Source of the DNA: a virus
Lineage: Duplodnaviria; Caudoviricetes
Direction: 5' to 3' (one strand)
DNA: 64,000 nucleotides
IMG/VR virus record: IMGVR_UViG_3300030090_003111
Coordinates: 3,406 to 67,405 of that record
Both the position numbers and the translations under genes were made by a program. The notes under the pieces are model-generated. The model did not search any database, was not told the DNA's origin, and worked only from the letters and a program-made list of their open reading frames with translations. Below are positions 9,064 through 20,080 of this stretch, in pieces (positions within the stretch are counted from its first letter, which is position 1; each line of letters begins with the position of its first letter).

Positions 9064-10140
9064 ATGGTTACAGCAAAAGAAGGATTAATGTCATCCAATC
9101 TCAGTTCAACCGCAAACCGAGTACTTGTAGATTACAAAGACGCTATCCAAGACTACAAAGTTACGGATATGCCTGTAATCGCAATGTTCGCAGAGCGATT
9201 CAACACGGAGACTGGCGGCGACGTAGATATTACGTTCGCAAAACCTAGCATGACGCTAGAACAGATAGAAGAAGGAGACACTCCAGCTTATCAACACACT
9301 GACTTGAGAAACGAAAGAATTTCAGTCAAAGAGTGGGGATTGGCAGTAGGTGTCACCAGACGTATGCTTGAAGACTCAAGATTTTCAGAAATGGAAATGG
9401 CTTTGAACGAAGCTAGAAGAGCCGTCGAGCGTCACGTAACACAGCACTACATCTACACTGTATTCGGTTTATATAAAGCAGAATACGGTACTGGATACAA
9501 TGGCGCACACATTACAGCAAGTACAACTGAAGCAAACATAACAACTTTCGCAAACGCTTCACACGGTGGTTTCTACGGGTCTACCCCAACCACAGGTGGA
9601 GATGCAGTAAGGATTTATGACTACGGTGAGTATAGTGCAGCAGATTTGGCCGCTCTCGGTCCAAACACTGGTTCACACTACTTCGCAGCTCAAGACGGTG
9701 ATACTGATGCAACTGGTGACCTTGGTCTAGCAGATATTACAAGTGCTATGGAGTTAATTAATGCAAAAGGTGGAACAGCAGATACTTTGATGATTTCCCC
9801 TTCACATTACAAAACTCTACTCGACTTAGCAGACTTCACTGCACCATTCTCTGGAAGCGGCGACGCCCAGAAAGGTGGATTGGATTATGTAAACGACGTA
9901 TCAGCAAGTGGAATTGTCGGACAACTCTACGGACTAAACGTCTACATGAACCATTACATACCAAAGAACCGATTCGGTGTCTTTGACATGTCAATGAAGC
10001 CAGTAGCTTACGTCGAGAGACGCGGTCTAACCGTAGAAGAAGCTAACCCCGGATTCGGAATTCAAGGTAGCTACATGACCATGAGATATGGTCTAAAAGT
10101 TATCAGACCTGAAGCTGGAGTTATCGTAATCGGCGATTAG
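9064..10140 (+). CDS. Major capsid protein (HK97 fold)
   Basis: EQIEEG, VKEWGLAVGVTRRMLED, GQLYGLNVY, RYGLKVIRPEA motifs; AAGGTGA RBS; strong codon bias. Confidence 0.92.
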   Translation: MVTAKEGLMSSNLSSTANRVLVDYKDAIQDYKVTDMPVIAMFAERFNTETGGDVDITFAKPSMTLEQIEEGDTPAYQHTDLRNERISVKEWGLAVGVTRRMLEDSRFSEMEMALNEARRAVERHVTQHYIYTVFGLYKAEYGTGYNGAHITASTTEANITTFANASHGGFYGSTPTTGGDAVRIYDYGEYSAADLAALGPNTGSHYFAAQDGDTDATGDLGLADITSAMELINAKGGTADTLMISPSHYKTLLDLADFTAPFSGSGDAQKGGLDYVNDVSASGIVGQLYGLNVYMNHYIPKNRFGVFDMSMKPVAYVERRGLTVEEANPGFGIQGSYMTMRYGLKVIRPEAGVIVIGD

Positions 10141-10169
10141 ATATAACTATCTGGATTAAAATTTTGGTA

Positions 10170-10198
10170 TGGGTGCCACCAATAGAACAAGGCACCCA
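10170..10198 (+). terminator. Hairpin after MCP gene (terminator/stabiliser-like)
   Basis: TGGGTGCC-13 nt-GGCACCCA followed by CTTT. Confidence 0.45.
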
Positions 10199-10215
10199 CT
10201 TTAGGAGTATAGCAC

Positions 10216-11751
10216 ATGGTTAAGGAATACGGTTTAGATAACGAAGCCCTTTCAGGCAACAAACCCAAAAAGGGAATGCCCCTAGTATTAGACGACAGGC
10301 TACCCTCCAAACAATATATTAAAAATAAAGTTGACAATAAAGTCAGCAATGATGCATTTGACGCTACTTGGGACGCTGTAGAAGACGTAGCACCAAGTAA
10401 GAATGCAGTTTACGATAAAATAAATTCTCTATCAGCAGTTGGTGATGCATTTACTAGAGAGGATGATACCTCTTCGGCAAATGTTAGAGCTAACAAGACT
10501 GGTAATTACGCAATAGGCCCAGCTAATTTTACAGGTAAAGCAGACTGGGATAAGCTCTATGTATCAGGAGGCAATATAAAGACTACTGGTAACTATATTA
10601 TGCAAAATGATGGGAGCACTATAGGGCCTAGCTCTGGAGAGCTCACTTTAGATAGCTCTAATGGAGCCAAAGTTGCTACTAAGTTCGCTGTAGGCTCTAC
10701 TAATCCAAGTGTACCACTAGAAGTAAGTTTAGCAGGTTCTACTGCTAATTTAACCGATGGTACAGGTATAGTGCAAGTAGGTGCAGATAGTGGAGCTAAT
10801 ATGGGAATCGATGGAAATAAGATTCAAGCTAGAGATGGTAGTGCAGCAGGAGCACAATTAAATTTAAACACATCAGGTGGAGCAGTAAGCATAGGTTCAG
10901 ATGGAGTAACCACTACTATTAATGGTAATCTCAATGTAATAGGAACAGCTACCACAACTCTATCTGAGACAGTCAACATTAAAGATTCTTTCGTATTATT
11001 AAACTCTGACCAAACTGGCACTAGTGATGCTAATGCAGGTATAGAGGTAGAGAGAGGTGACTTGACAAACGTAGCAATCAGATGGAATGGTACTGATGAT
11101 GCGTGGCAAACTACGCTTAACGGTTCTGATTACTATAATATTCTTACGACAAACACAGGAGGTACAGTAAATCAATTAGGAACTAATACTGCCTCAGCTT
11201 TGTCTTTATCAACTACGACTAACACCAATGATACTATTAATCTGGCAGATAAGTTTGTACAACATGCTGGAGATAGTATGACAGGTGCCTTAACTATAGG
11301 TAGTAGCGGTGACCAAACTAGTAATAGTGGTGATGGAGCTACTATGCTAACTGTATTTGGAGGACCATCTACAGGTAATGCAGCTCTTACGGTTAACGGA
11401 CATCTGAAAGCAGATACCAAATCTTTCGATATACCACACCCTATTAAGAAAAATATGAGGTTAGTACACGGTACATTAGAAGGACCTGAGTTTGGTATGT
11501 ATCAAAGAGGAACTATAGTTAAATCTCACTTACCCACAGAAGAAATACCTTTACCAGCGTATTGGGGTAAGTTAGTTGCAGATTACACCGTGTCACTTAC
11601 ACCACACGGTAATTATAATGTATGGTTAGTGGAAAAACATAAGAACATGTTCGAAATCAAATCTAACGCAGATGCGATAAATGGTCCATGGTCTTGTGAC
11701 TGGATTGTAATAGGAAGAAGGAATGATTACCCACTGGAGGTTGAACAATAA
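10216..11751 (+). CDS. Fibre/spike-like virion protein with C-terminal chaperone-like domain
   Basis: Gly/Ser/Thr/Asn-rich beta repeats; C-terminal KSFDIPHP...LVHGTLEGPE...LPAYW...SLTP module common in phage fibres. Confidence 0.7.
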   Translation: MVKEYGLDNEALSGNKPKKGMPLVLDDRLPSKQYIKNKVDNKVSNDAFDATWDAVEDVAPSKNAVYDKINSLSAVGDAFTREDDTSSANVRANKTGNYAIGPANFTGKADWDKLYVSGGNIKTTGNYIMQNDGSTIGPSSGELTLDSSNGAKVATKFAVGSTNPSVPLEVSLAGSTANLTDGTGIVQVGADSGANMGIDGNKIQARDGSAAGAQLNLNTSGGAVSIGSDGVTTTINGNLNVIGTATTTLSETVNIKDSFVLLNSDQTGTSDANAGIEVERGDLTNVAIRWNGTDDAWQTTLNGSDYYNILTTNTGGTVNQLGTNTASALSLSTTTNTNDTINLADKFVQHAGDSMTGALTIGSSGDQTSNSGDGATMLTVFGGPSTGNAALTVNGHLKADTKSFDIPHPIKKNMRLVHGTLEGPEFGMYQRGTIVKSHLPTEEIPLPAYWGKLVADYTVSLTPHGNYNVWLVEKHKNMFEIKSNADAINGPWSCDWIVIGRRNDYPLEVEQ

Positions 11752-11939
11752 TGGCATCAAGTAGAGTAAGAATTGGAGTTGCTGGAGAAACCAACAACGC
11801 AGTTATAAGATTTCAAAGAGACAGTGATGATGACGGTGATTTCGACGATATTGATATATTAGCATTCGCTTTGAATGTTTCTAACAGCACTGTTACCATC
11901 GACGCCTGTGTGATAGATGGAGGGACTTTCGGGTCATAA
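11751..11939 (+). CDS. Small acidic fibre-adaptor-like protein
   Basis: 62 aa; [10 protein letters not shown] Ca-binding-like loop; ends IDGGTFGS; TAATG coupling. Confidence 0.6.
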   Translation: MASSRVRIGVAGETNNAVIRFQRDSDDDGDFDDIDILAFALNVSNSTVTIDACVIDGGTFGS

Positions 11940-11941
11940 AC

Positions 11942-14900
11942 ATGGCAAATAGAATTTACCACAAGCGTAGTGCAAAAGGGTCAGACGTACCCTCTAATGC
12001 AGATTTAGAATTAGGTGAATTGGCAATCAATACGTATGATGGTAAACTATTTACTAAAAAAGATGATGGTAGTCCAAGCATTGTAGAATTAGGTGACAAA
12101 GGTCAAAAAGGAGATATAGGAGCTACAGGTTCTCAAGGACCTGCTGGACCACAAGGAGACCAAGGAGATAAAGGTCTAAAAGGTGTAGGAGGAGATAAGG
12201 GAGCCACTGGCGACAAAGGTCAAAAAGGTGGAGACGGACCTTCAGGTCCCGGTGGACCACAAGGTGACAAAGGTCAGAAAGGTGTTACTGGTGACGGAGG
12301 ACCAACTGGACCTACAGGACCACAAGGTGCACAGGGAGAAAAGGGTAGTTTAGGAGATAAAGGAGCTACTGGTGCAACTGGACCACAAGGTGATAAAGGT
12401 CAACAGGGAGCTACTGGTACTCAAGGACCTACAGGACCACAAGGTGGAAAGGGAGAACCCGGCGACAAAGGAGCTACGGGTGCTGGTGGACCACAAGGTG
12501 ATAAAGGTGCTACAGGTGCTGGAGGAGATAAAGGACAGAAAGGTGTAACTGGAGATACAGGACCACAAGGAAGTCAAGGACCTCAAGGAGCTCAAGGACC
12601 TCAGGGAGATAAAGGTGATACTGGAGACAAAGGAGCTACAGGTGCTCAAGGACCTACTGGACCTACAGGACCAACTGGACCACAAGGGGTTGCTGGTAGT
12701 GACGGTAGTGATGGTTCTGATGGAGACAAAGGAGCTCAAGGTGCTACTGGACCACAAGGTGACAAAGGACAGAAAGGTGTAACAGGTGCTACTGGACCAC
12801 AAGGAGACCAAGGTGCTACAGGACCTCAAGGAGATAAAGGAGCTACAGGTGCTCAAGGACCTACAGGACCTGACGGACCTACAGGACCACAAGGAACTGC
12901 TGGTGACAAAGGTGCTACAGGTGGACAAGGAGATAAAGGTGCAACTGGTGCTACAGGACCTCAAGGACCTACTGGAGACAAAGGAGCTACAGGAGCTACA
13001 GGACCACAAGGTTCTAAAGGAGCTACTGGTGCTACTGGACCTCAAGGAGATAAAGGAGCTACCGGTGATAAAGGTATAAAAGGAGAAGTTTCATTACCTG
13101 CTTCTACTTTCTTAATGCATGTAGATTTAACAGATACTACTACTGCACCATCGACAAACGGAGAGATTGTTTTAAACCATGCTACATTAGCAAACGTTAC
13201 ACAGTTATCTATTTTTGAAGATGATGAGAATGGTGGTACACTAGATAATATTCTAACAGATATGTTAGTAACAGGTAATAGAATTAAATTAGAAAAGAAA
13301 GATGACATAACCAATTATGTTACTTTCGAAATGACTGGCAATGGTTCTGACCAAGGTGATTACAGAAATGTTGCAGTTACACATGAGGGCGGGGCAAGTG
13401 GAGCAGTCACTTCAACGTTCTCAGATGAAGATGATGTTTATTTTTCCCTTTCGATGAAAGGAGATACAGGACCTCAAGGACCTGTCGGACCACAAGGACC
13501 TACAGGACCACAAGGAGATAAGGGTGCAGCTGGAGACAAAGGTGCTACTGGTGCACAAGGAGATAAAGGAGCTACAGGAGCTACAGGACCTCAAGGACCT
13601 CAAGGAGACAAAGGAGCTACAGGTGCAGTGGGACCTCAAGGACCTACTGGGGACAAAGGAGCTACAGGAGCTACTGGACCTGATGGACCTCAAGGACCTA
13701 CAGGAAGCACAGGACCACAAGGAACTGCTGGTGACAAAGGTGCTCAAGGAGCTGCTGGTGATAAAGGAGCCACTGGTGCTACAGGACCTCAAGGACCTCA
13801 AGGTGACCAAGGAGATAAAGGTGCAACAGGAGCTCAAGGTGATAAAGGAGCTGCTGGAGATAAAGGCGCTACTGGTGCTACAGGACCTCAAGGACCTACA
13901 GGAAGTACAGGACCACAAGGACCTGCTGGAGATAAAGGAGCTACAGGAGCTACAGGACCAACTGGACCTGATGGACCAACTGGACCTCAAGGAGCTCAAG
14001 GTGATAAAGGAGCGACAGGCGCTCAAGGACCTACTGGAGACCAAGGACCTACTGGAGATAAAGGAGCTACAGGAGCTACAGGACCTCAGGGAGACAAAGG
14101 TGCTACAGGAGCTACAGGACCTACAGGACCTACAGGACCTACTGGACCTCAAGGACCACAAGGTGCAACAGGAGACAAAGGAGCAACAGGAGACAAAGGA
14201 ACTCAAGGTGCACAAGGTGACAAAGGTGCTACTGGTGCAACTGGACCACAAGGACCTCAAGGAGATAAAGGAGCAACTGGTGCTCAAGGACCACAGGGAG
14301 ATAAAGGTGCTGCTGGTGACAAAGGTGCTCAAGGAGCTGCTGGTGATAAAGGAGCTACTGGTGCTACAGGAGACCAAGGACCACAAGGTAGTAAAGGAGC
14401 TACAGGAGCTACAGGACCTACAGGACCTGATGGACCAACTGGACCTACAGGACCACAAGGTTCTAAGGGAGCAACCGGTGCAACTGGACCTCAAGGACCT
14501 ATCGGAGATAAAGGTGGTAAAGGTGCAACAGGAGACCAAGGACCACAAGGAGATAAAGGATTAAAGGGTGCTGGTGGTGACAAAGGAGCTACAGGAGCTA
14601 CTGGACCTCAGGGACCTCAAGGTGCACAAGGACCTACAGGTGCTCAAGGTACTGTTGGTGGTGTTAACTATACCTTTAGTACAACCACTACTGATTCAGA
14701 CCCCGGCCAAGGTGTTGTTAGATTTAATAATTCAACTTTTGGTTCTATTACAAAAATATTTATAGACGATGCAGACAGTAATGGTACTGATTTCCAAACA
14801 TGGATAGATTCCTTCGATGATACAGACGAAGGTACATTGACAATCAATTCTGCTGATGCTACAGATGCAACATTCTGTAACTTTACAGTAGATTCAATTA

Positions 14901-17470
14901 CAGGAGCTTCTGGATATACAAAACTTAATGTTTCACCATTATCAGGTGCAGCACCAAGTAATTCAGAAGCAATAGTATTACAATTCTCAGCTTCTGGTTC
15001 AAAAGGAGCTCAAGGTGCACAAGGTGACAAAGGAGCTACTGGTGCAACTGGACCTCAAGGACCTCAAGGAGATAAGGGTGCTGCTGGAGACAAAGGTGCT
15101 ACTGGTGCACAAGGACCTCAAGGAGACAAAGGTGCTGGTGGAGACAAAGGTGCTACTGGTGCTACAGGACCACAAGGACCTCAAGGTGACCAAGGAGATA
15201 AGGGTGCTACTGGTGCAACCGGACCTCAAGGTCCACAAGGTGATAAAGGAGCTACTGGTGCTACAGGACCTCAGGGAGATAAAGGTGCTGCTGGAGACAA
15301 AGGAGCTACAGGTGCTACAGGACCCGATGGACCACAAGGACCTGCTGGACCTACAGGACCTCAGGGAGACAAAGGAGCTACTGGTGCTACTGGACCTCAG
15401 GGAGATAAAGGTGCTGCTGGAGACAAAGGTGCTCAAGGAGCTCAAGGACCTCAAGGTTCAACAGGACCTCAAGGACCTCAAGGAGCTGCTGGTGACAAAG
15501 GAGCTACAGGAGCTGCTGGTGATAAAGGAGCTACTGGTGCAACTGGACCACAAGGACCGCAAGGTGACCAAGGAGATAAGGGTGCTACTGGTGCAACCGG
15601 ACCTCAAGGTCCACAAGGAGCTCAAGGACCTCAAGGTTCAACAGGACCTCAAGGACCTCAAGGAGCTGCTGGTGATAAAGGAGCTACTGGTGCAACTGGA
15701 CCACAAGGACCTGACGGTGACAAAGGAGCTACAGGAGCTGCTGGACCACAAGGACCTACTGGAAGCACAGGACCTACAGGACCTAATGGACCACAAGGAG
15801 ACAAAGGTGCTGGTGGTGACAAAGGACCAACTGGTGAACCAGCTGGTTTACAATATAACTTTGACACAAGTACAACCATGGCCGACCCCGGTTCTGGAGA
15901 ATTCAGATTAAACCATGCAACCGCAGCAAGTATTACCTCTATAGCATTTTCATCATTTGACCAGAATGCTGGTTCAAATTCATTATATACATATCTAGAC
16001 GCATATGACGGCTTCCCAACCGATATACGTTTAGTTGATATGTCAGACAATACTAATTTTATAATTCTAAGAACAGATGCATCTAGTGCATATCAAACAG
16101 ATTTTGCTAATACACATGTTCTTGTTACAATATCATCTGTACAAGCCAAGAGTGATACCGCAGTGAGTAACATATTCTCATCTGGTAGAACAGTACAGTG
16201 TACTTTTGCAGCTACAGGAGCCAAAGGTCAGAAAGGTGCCGCTGGAGGCACTGGACCTACAGGACCTACAGGACCTACAGGACCTACTGGACCACAAGGT
16301 TCACAAGGTTCACAAGGTTCACAAGGTGCTCAAGGAGACAAAGGTCAGAAAGGAGAAGAAGGTTCTGGCGGTGGTGGCGGAGGTAAAGGTCAAAAAGGTG
16401 AGCCCGGAGCTACAGGACCTACAGGACCACAAGGACCTGCTGGAAGTGATGGTAGTGATGGTGACAAAGGAGCTACTGGTGCACAAGGACCAAGCGGAAC
16501 TGGACCTACTGGACCTCAAGGACCTGCTGGACCAACTGGACCACAAGGTGATAAAGGTCAGAAAGGAGAAGAAGGTGGTGGAGGTTCTGGTTCTAAAGGA
16601 CAAAAAGGTGAACCCGGTGGTACTGGTTCACAAGGACCTGCTGGACCTACAGGACCTACAGGACCAACTGGACCAACTGGACCAACTGGGCCTACAGGAC
16701 CACAAGGAGACAAAGGAGCTACAGGTTCACAAGGACCTGCTGGACCTCAAGGTTCTCAAGGTTCTCAAGGACCTCAAGGAGACAAAGGAGAACCCGGAGA
16801 CCCCGGTCCTCCGGGAGAAGGAGGCGGTGGAGCATGTCACTTCCCACCCGGTACTTGTTTCGCACCCGGCACACCTGTCATGTTAGCTGATGGTAGTAGC
16901 AAACCTATCGAAGAGATAGACGACGGTGAAGAGATATTAATTTACAATATGGAAACTGGTGAGTATGACGTAGAAGTATTAGAACATGGTTCCTACGCTA
17001 CATACAGAAACCACTTCATAGATTTACACTTTGACGACGGTTCAAAGATTACATCTACACATGAACACCCTTATATAACAGCAGATAAGGAATGGGCTGT
17101 TGTAGAATTTGAAGACTGGATGAGAGAAAGATATCAAGAAGACACAGTATTTAAGAATATAAAACTTGGTTCTGTACTAGGTATACCAACAGGTGCTAAA
17201 GGATTAGGTATCAAAGGTAAGCAACTAGTAGAGAAGAAAGTAGTTGATGTAGATAAACACTGGTCTACTGGTGACAGACAAAATGCAGTATGGAATATTA
17301 TAACCAAATCTAACAACTACGTTGTTGATGGTTTAGTGGTTGGTACAGAAACCGACATGGACTGGGACGAGATAAACGTTTACGCTCTAACAGAGTATGG
17401 TATGTCTTTAGAAGATATGTATCAGATGTTTATCGAAGAAGGAACAATACCAGAGAGGAGGTCTAAATGA
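11942..17470 (+). CDS. Collagen triple-helix fibre: Mtd_N-like N-terminus, Gly-X-Y runs with three globular inserts, C-terminal Hint domain
   Basis: N-terminus IYHKRS...[21 protein letters not shown]; long GXY repeats; Hint [13 protein letters not shown]...THEH...YVVDGLVV at 16856-17347. Confidence 0.92.
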   Translation: MANRIYHKRSAKGSDVPSNADLELGELAINTYDGKLFTKKDDGSPSIVELGDKGQKGDIGATGSQGPAGPQGDQGDKGLKGVGGDKGATGDKGQKGGDGPSGPGGPQGDKGQKGVTGDGGPTGPTGPQGAQGEKGSLGDKGATGATGPQGDKGQQGATGTQGPTGPQGGKGEPGDKGATGAGGPQGDKGATGAGGDKGQKGVTGDTGPQGSQGPQGAQGPQGDKGDTGDKGATGAQGPTGPTGPTGPQGVAGSDGSDGSDGDKGAQGATGPQGDKGQKGVTGATGPQGDQGATGPQGDKGATGAQGPTGPDGPTGPQGTAGDKGATGGQGDKGATGATGPQGPTGDKGATGATGPQGSKGATGATGPQGDKGATGDKGIKGEVSLPASTFLMHVDLTDTTTAPSTNGEIVLNHATLANVTQLSIFEDDENGGTLDNILTDMLVTGNRIKLEKKDDITNYVTFEMTGNGSDQGDYRNVAVTHEGGASGAVTSTFSDEDDVYFSLSMKGDTGPQGPVGPQGPTGPQGDKGAAGDKGATGAQGDKGATGATGPQGPQGDKGATGAVGPQGPTGDKGATGATGPDGPQGPTGSTGPQGTAGDKGAQGAAGDKGATGATGPQGPQGDQGDKGATGAQGDKGAAGDKGATGATGPQGPTGSTGPQGPAGDKGATGATGPTGPDGPTGPQGAQGDKGATGAQGPTGDQGPTGDKGATGATGPQGDKGATGATGPTGPTGPTGPQGPQGATGDKGATGDKGTQGAQGDKGATGATGPQGPQGDKGATGAQGPQGDKGAAGDKGAQGAAGDKGATGATGDQGPQGSKGATGATGPTGPDGPTGPTGPQGSKGATGATGPQGPIGDKGGKGATGDQGPQGDKGLKGAGGDKGATGATGPQGPQGAQGPTGAQGTVGGVNYTFSTTTTDSDPGQGVVRFNNSTFGSITKIFIDDADSNGTDFQTWIDSFDDTDEGTLTINSADATDATFCNFTVDSITGASGYTKLNVSPLSGAAPSNSEAIVLQFSASGSKGAQGAQGDKGATGATGPQGPQGDKGAAGDKGATGAQGPQGDKGAGGDKGATGATGPQGPQGDQGDKGATGATGPQGPQGDKGATGATGPQGDKGAAGDKGATGATGPDGPQGPAGPTGPQGDKGATGATGPQGDKGAAGDKGAQGAQGPQGSTGPQGPQGAAGDKGATGAAGDKGATGATGPQGPQGDQGDKGATGATGPQGPQGAQGPQGSTGPQGPQGAAGDKGATGATGPQGPDGDKGATGAAGPQGPTGSTGPTGPNGPQGDKGAGGDKGPTGEPAGLQYNFDTSTTMADPGSGEFRLNHATAASITSIAFSSFDQNAGSNSLYTYLDAYDGFPTDIRLVDMSDNTNFIILRTDASSAYQTDFANTHVLVTISSVQAKSDTAVSNIFSSGRTVQCTFAATGAKGQKGAAGGTGPTGPTGPTGPTGPQGSQGSQGSQGAQGDKGQKGEEGSGGGGGGKGQKGEPGATGPTGPQGPAGSDGSDGDKGATGAQGPSGTGPTGPQGPAGPTGPQGDKGQKGEEGGGGSGSKGQKGEPGGTGSQGPAGPTGPTGPTGPTGPTGPTGPQGDKGATGSQGPAGPQGSQGSQGPQGDKGEPGDPGPPGEGGGGACHFPPGTCFAPGTPVMLADGSSKPIEEIDDGEEILIYNMETGEYDVEVLEHGSYATYRNHFIDLHFDDGSKITSTHEHPYITADKEWAVVEFEDWMRERYQEDTVFKNIKLGSVLGIPTGAKGLGIKGKQLVEKKVVDVDKHWSTGDRQNAVWNIITKSNNYVVDGLVVGTETDMDWDEINVYALTEYGMSLEDMYQMFIEEGTIPERRSK
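12092..16821 (+). repeat. Coding collagen Gly-X-Y repeats ([15 protein letters not shown])
   Basis: 9-nt periodic repeats such as GGACCACAA/GGAGATAAA/GGAGCTACA, interrupted at about 13088-13460, 14657-14995 and 15841-16210. Confidence 0.95.
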
Positions 17471-17679
17471 TGAAAGAATGGGAAAGAGAAGAACTATTAA
17501 TCCGTATGGATGAAAGGATAAAAACAATCTATAATAGGATGGATAAGTTTGAAACTCTTTTTACTAACCACTTACATCACCACGAGATGTGGGAAGAGGA
17601 TATAAAACGACAAGTGCGCTGGTTAGTTGGTGTAGCTTTAAGTGCGGCAACTGGTGTAGGCGCATGGGGGATGATGTAA
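17467..17679 (+). CDS. Small coiled-coil plus C-terminal TM protein (holin/XhlA-like topology)
   Basis: 70 aa; heptad N-terminus, hydrophobic [16 protein letters not shown] end. Confidence 0.55.
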   Translation: MMKEWEREELLIRMDERIKTIYNRMDKFETLFTNHLHHHEMWEEDIKRQVRWLVGVALSAATGVGAWGMM

Positions 17680-17864
17680 TGGCAAAGAAGAAATCAAAAT
17701 CAAGAGTTAACGAAGCAGGTAATTATACTAAACCTACTATGAGAAAAAGATTATTTAACAGAATCAAAGCAGGTAGTAAAGGTGGAGCACCCGGACAATG
17801 GTCCGCAAGAAAAGCACAGATGCTAGCAAAACAATACAAAGCTAATGGTGGAGGCTACCGTTAA
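17679..17864 (+). CDS. Small highly basic protein (61 aa) of a family common in marine phages
   Basis: [26 protein letters not shown]...GQWSARKAQMLAKQYK; TAATG coupling places the start at 17679. Confidence 0.8.
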   Translation: MAKKKSKSRVNEAGNYTKPTMRKRLFNRIKAGSKGGAPGQWSARKAQMLAKQYKANGGGYR

Positions 17865-18109
17865 TGGTTAAGAAGAAGTCCCAAAAGTCATTGACTAAGT
17901 GGACTAATCAAAAATGGGATTATATTTCCAAGGCTGATAAGAAGAAGCCTAAATCAAAAAGGGGACGTTATCTCCCTAAGAGTGTTAGAGCAGGACTAAC
18001 TAAATCACAAAAAGCAGCTGAGAATCGTAAGAAACGTAAAGCTGGTGGAGTTGGTAGTCGTGCTAAATATTCTAAAAAGGTAGCAAAAGCAGTAAGGAGG
18101 TCTAAGTGA
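17864..18109 (+). CDS. Small highly basic protein (81 aa)
   Basis: SQKSLTKWTNQKW...RYLPKSV; coupled at both ends. Confidence 0.8.
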   Translation: MVKKKSQKSLTKWTNQKWDYISKADKKKPKSKRGRYLPKSVRAGLTKSQKAAENRKKRKAGGVGSRAKYSKKVAKAVRRSK

Positions 18110-18165
18110 TGGCTTATAAAACAAAAAAGAAGAAAACATCAAAAAAGAAAAAGTATGGCTACTGA
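18109..18165 (+). CDS. 18-aa Lys-rich micro-peptide MAYKTKKKKTSKKKKYGY
   Basis: Hand-translated; TGATG coupling, GGAGG upstream, fills the gap in a basic-protein cluster. Confidence 0.55.
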   Translation: MAYKTKKKKTSKKKKYGY

Positions 18166-18337
18166 GAAGATTAAAGGTGTGAGTCTAGCTGGACTTAACA
18201 AAAGACAAGTAACAGCTATGAAAAGACATGGTAAACATCACACAGCGAAACACCTTAGAGCTATGGTTGTAGCAATGAAAAAAGGTGAAACATTTACACA
18301 GTCCCACAAGACTGCAATGAAAAAGGCAGGTAAATAA
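18155..18337 (+). CDS. Small basic His-containing protein (60 aa)
   Basis: KRHGKHHTAKHLRAM...FTQSHKTAMKK. Confidence 0.75.
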   Translation: MATEKIKGVSLAGLNKRQVTAMKRHGKHHTAKHLRAMVVAMKKGETFTQSHKTAMKKAGK

Positions 18338-18338
18338 T

Positions 18339-18632
18339 ATGGCAGCAAAAAAGAAAGACCCCAAATTGACAAGAGCAGGAGTATCAGGTTATAACAAACC
18401 TAAAAGAACTCCTAATCACCCAAAGAAATCACACGTAGTAGTTGCTAAAGTCGGAAGTAAAACTAAACTTATCAGGTTTGGACAACAAGGTGTGAAAACG
18501 GCAGGTAAGCCAAAGAAGGGTGAATCAAAAAGACAAAAAGCAAGGAGAAAGAGCTTTAAAGCCCGACATGGTAAAAACATTGCAAAAGGTAAAATGTCAG
18601 CAGCATACTGGGCAAATAAAGTAAAGTGGTAA
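18339..18632 (+). CDS. Small basic protein (97 aa) of a widespread phage family
   Basis: KLIRFGQQG...RRKSFKARH...MSAAYWANKVKW. Confidence 0.8.
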   Translation: MAAKKKDPKLTRAGVSGYNKPKRTPNHPKKSHVVVAKVGSKTKLIRFGQQGVKTAGKPKKGESKRQKARRKSFKARHGKNIAKGKMSAAYWANKVKW

Positions 18633-18633
18633 T

Positions 18634-19104
18634 ATGGCAATAACAAGAGATTCGACAATGACCCTAGATAAACTAGGTACAAGAGTCAGATTACTGACAG
18701 GTATAGAATCTGCGGAAGTAGATGATAGTGATTTGTCGGTTCTCGTGACTATGGCAATTGAATGGGTAGAAGAGCAGGAAGGTACTTCATTTACAGTGAA
18801 TACCAATGATTTAGTAGACCAAGCAGTCTGTTACTATACGTCTTATTTATTATGTATAGCACAGAACGGTATGGGAGTAGAAGATATGAAGATAGGAGAT
18901 ATTTTTATGTCATATACAAAAGATGACCCATACGGCAAATTCTTAGACATGGCAAATGATGCTTTGTTACAAAAGAATGCACTAAGTATAAAAACTTCTA
19001 CCTATAACGCAGACCCACAATTGGGAGATATAGATTGGAAAAAGAACATTGATGGTTCAAGTAGCACTCTGAATGTTCGTAAACGTCCACGCAATATAGG
19101 ATAG
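18634..19104 (+). CDS. Putative head-tail adaptor
   Basis: Helical 156-aa protein (RVRLLTG...LVTMAIEWV...QAVCYYT) at start of neck cluster. Confidence 0.6.
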   Translation: MAITRDSTMTLDKLGTRVRLLTGIESAEVDDSDLSVLVTMAIEWVEEQEGTSFTVNTNDLVDQAVCYYTSYLLCIAQNGMGVEDMKIGDIFMSYTKDDPYGKFLDMANDALLQKNALSIKTSTYNADPQLGDIDWKKNIDGSSSTLNVRKRPRNIG

Positions 19105-19105
19105 T

Positions 19106-20080
19106 ATGAGTAATTTAAAACTAGGTAGAGTAAACATGCCTAAACTTCTTAGGCAGATGAGACATCGTACAAGTCAAGTACGTGACCTAGTTTTTATTAG
19201 AGACCCAATTTATAGGAAATCAACTAAGACCACTAAATCAGGTGGTACATTAGCAGGACCAGCTGTAAATTTCGGTTATGAGCAAGATAGCTATGCAGCG
19301 CAATCTGAGGGCACGAATGCTGCTTACCATGCAGACAGTCCAGAACTCATTCTACCGGGCCTTAAATGCCTTCAAAGCCCTATTGTTAGCCGACAGGGTG
19401 AATTAGAAAGGACAGGACACAGGATAACAGGTCAATGTACATTCTATGCACCATCATTAGATTACATTCTTGCTCTAGATAATTTTAGTGAAACAGCTCA
19501 ATTTAATGAGTTAGAAACTTACGACAAGTTGATAGATATAGAAAGAGTAATATATACAGCACCCAGCTATTCAGCAACAAACACATCTCACACAATAAAA
19601 ACGTTTGATGATAAGTCAGCTGGTTATCAACTAGATAGGCTTCAATTTAAAATAAAGTCGGGCACTACATTAACGAAGATAGCTCTAAGTGGTAATGAAG
19701 GAGGCACAACTAAGAGTCTTACATGGAGCGGTTCATTGGCTCTATCTAGCAGCGAGTATATCACTATTGATGTGCCCTTGAGAGATATAGATGCAGGTGA
19801 GACTACATCGGTCTATAAAGATGGTGTCAGGACAGAACTTACAGCTGGCACAGATAACACTATATTAGATATAGATAAGCTCTATGGTGCATCCACTTAT
19901 GATTTATTGAGCCTAGTACTTACTACAAGCTCTGGCTTAGTAGAGCTTAAAGATATATATTTCTATAAAGAAGCTGAATGGAGAATAGATGCCATCAAAG
20001 ATTATAGAGATGAATATATGGAGATAGGTGCTGTTAGAGTGAGAGGAGATAGAGGAAGTAGGAGAAGAGCATATGGCTAA
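19106..20080 (+). CDS. Putative head-closure protein with inserted beta-rich domain
   Basis: LERTGHRITGQCTFY...WRIDAIKDY...GAVRV ends flank a large insert; position. Confidence 0.55.
   Translation: MSNLKLGRVNMPKLLRQMRHRTSQVRDLVFIRDPIYRKSTKTTKSGGTLAGPAVNFGYEQDSYAAQSEGTNAAYHADSPELILPGLKCLQSPIVSRQGELERTGHRITGQCTFYAPSLDYILALDNFSETAQFNELETYDKLIDIERVIYTAPSYSATNTSHTIKTFDDKSAGYQLDRLQFKIKSGTTLTKIALSGNEGGTTKSLTWSGSLALSSSEYITIDVPLRDIDAGETTSVYKDGVRTELTAGTDNTILDIDKLYGASTYDLLSLVLTTSSGLVELKDIYFYKEAEWRIDAIKDYRDEYMEIGAVRVRGDRGSRRRAYG

Noticed and set aside
12350-16886. Long antisense (Ser/Cys/Thr-rich) and alternate-frame (LQDLKDLKE-type) ORFs over the collagen gene
   Set aside because: Shadows of the 9-nt periodic collagen codons, which lack stops in other frames; no RBS or promoter support.
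16856-17347. Mobile intein / homing endonuclease
   Set aside because: No LAGLIDADG insert, no terminal His-Asn or +1 nucleophile context, and it sits in a fibre C-terminus rather than a conserved enzyme motif.
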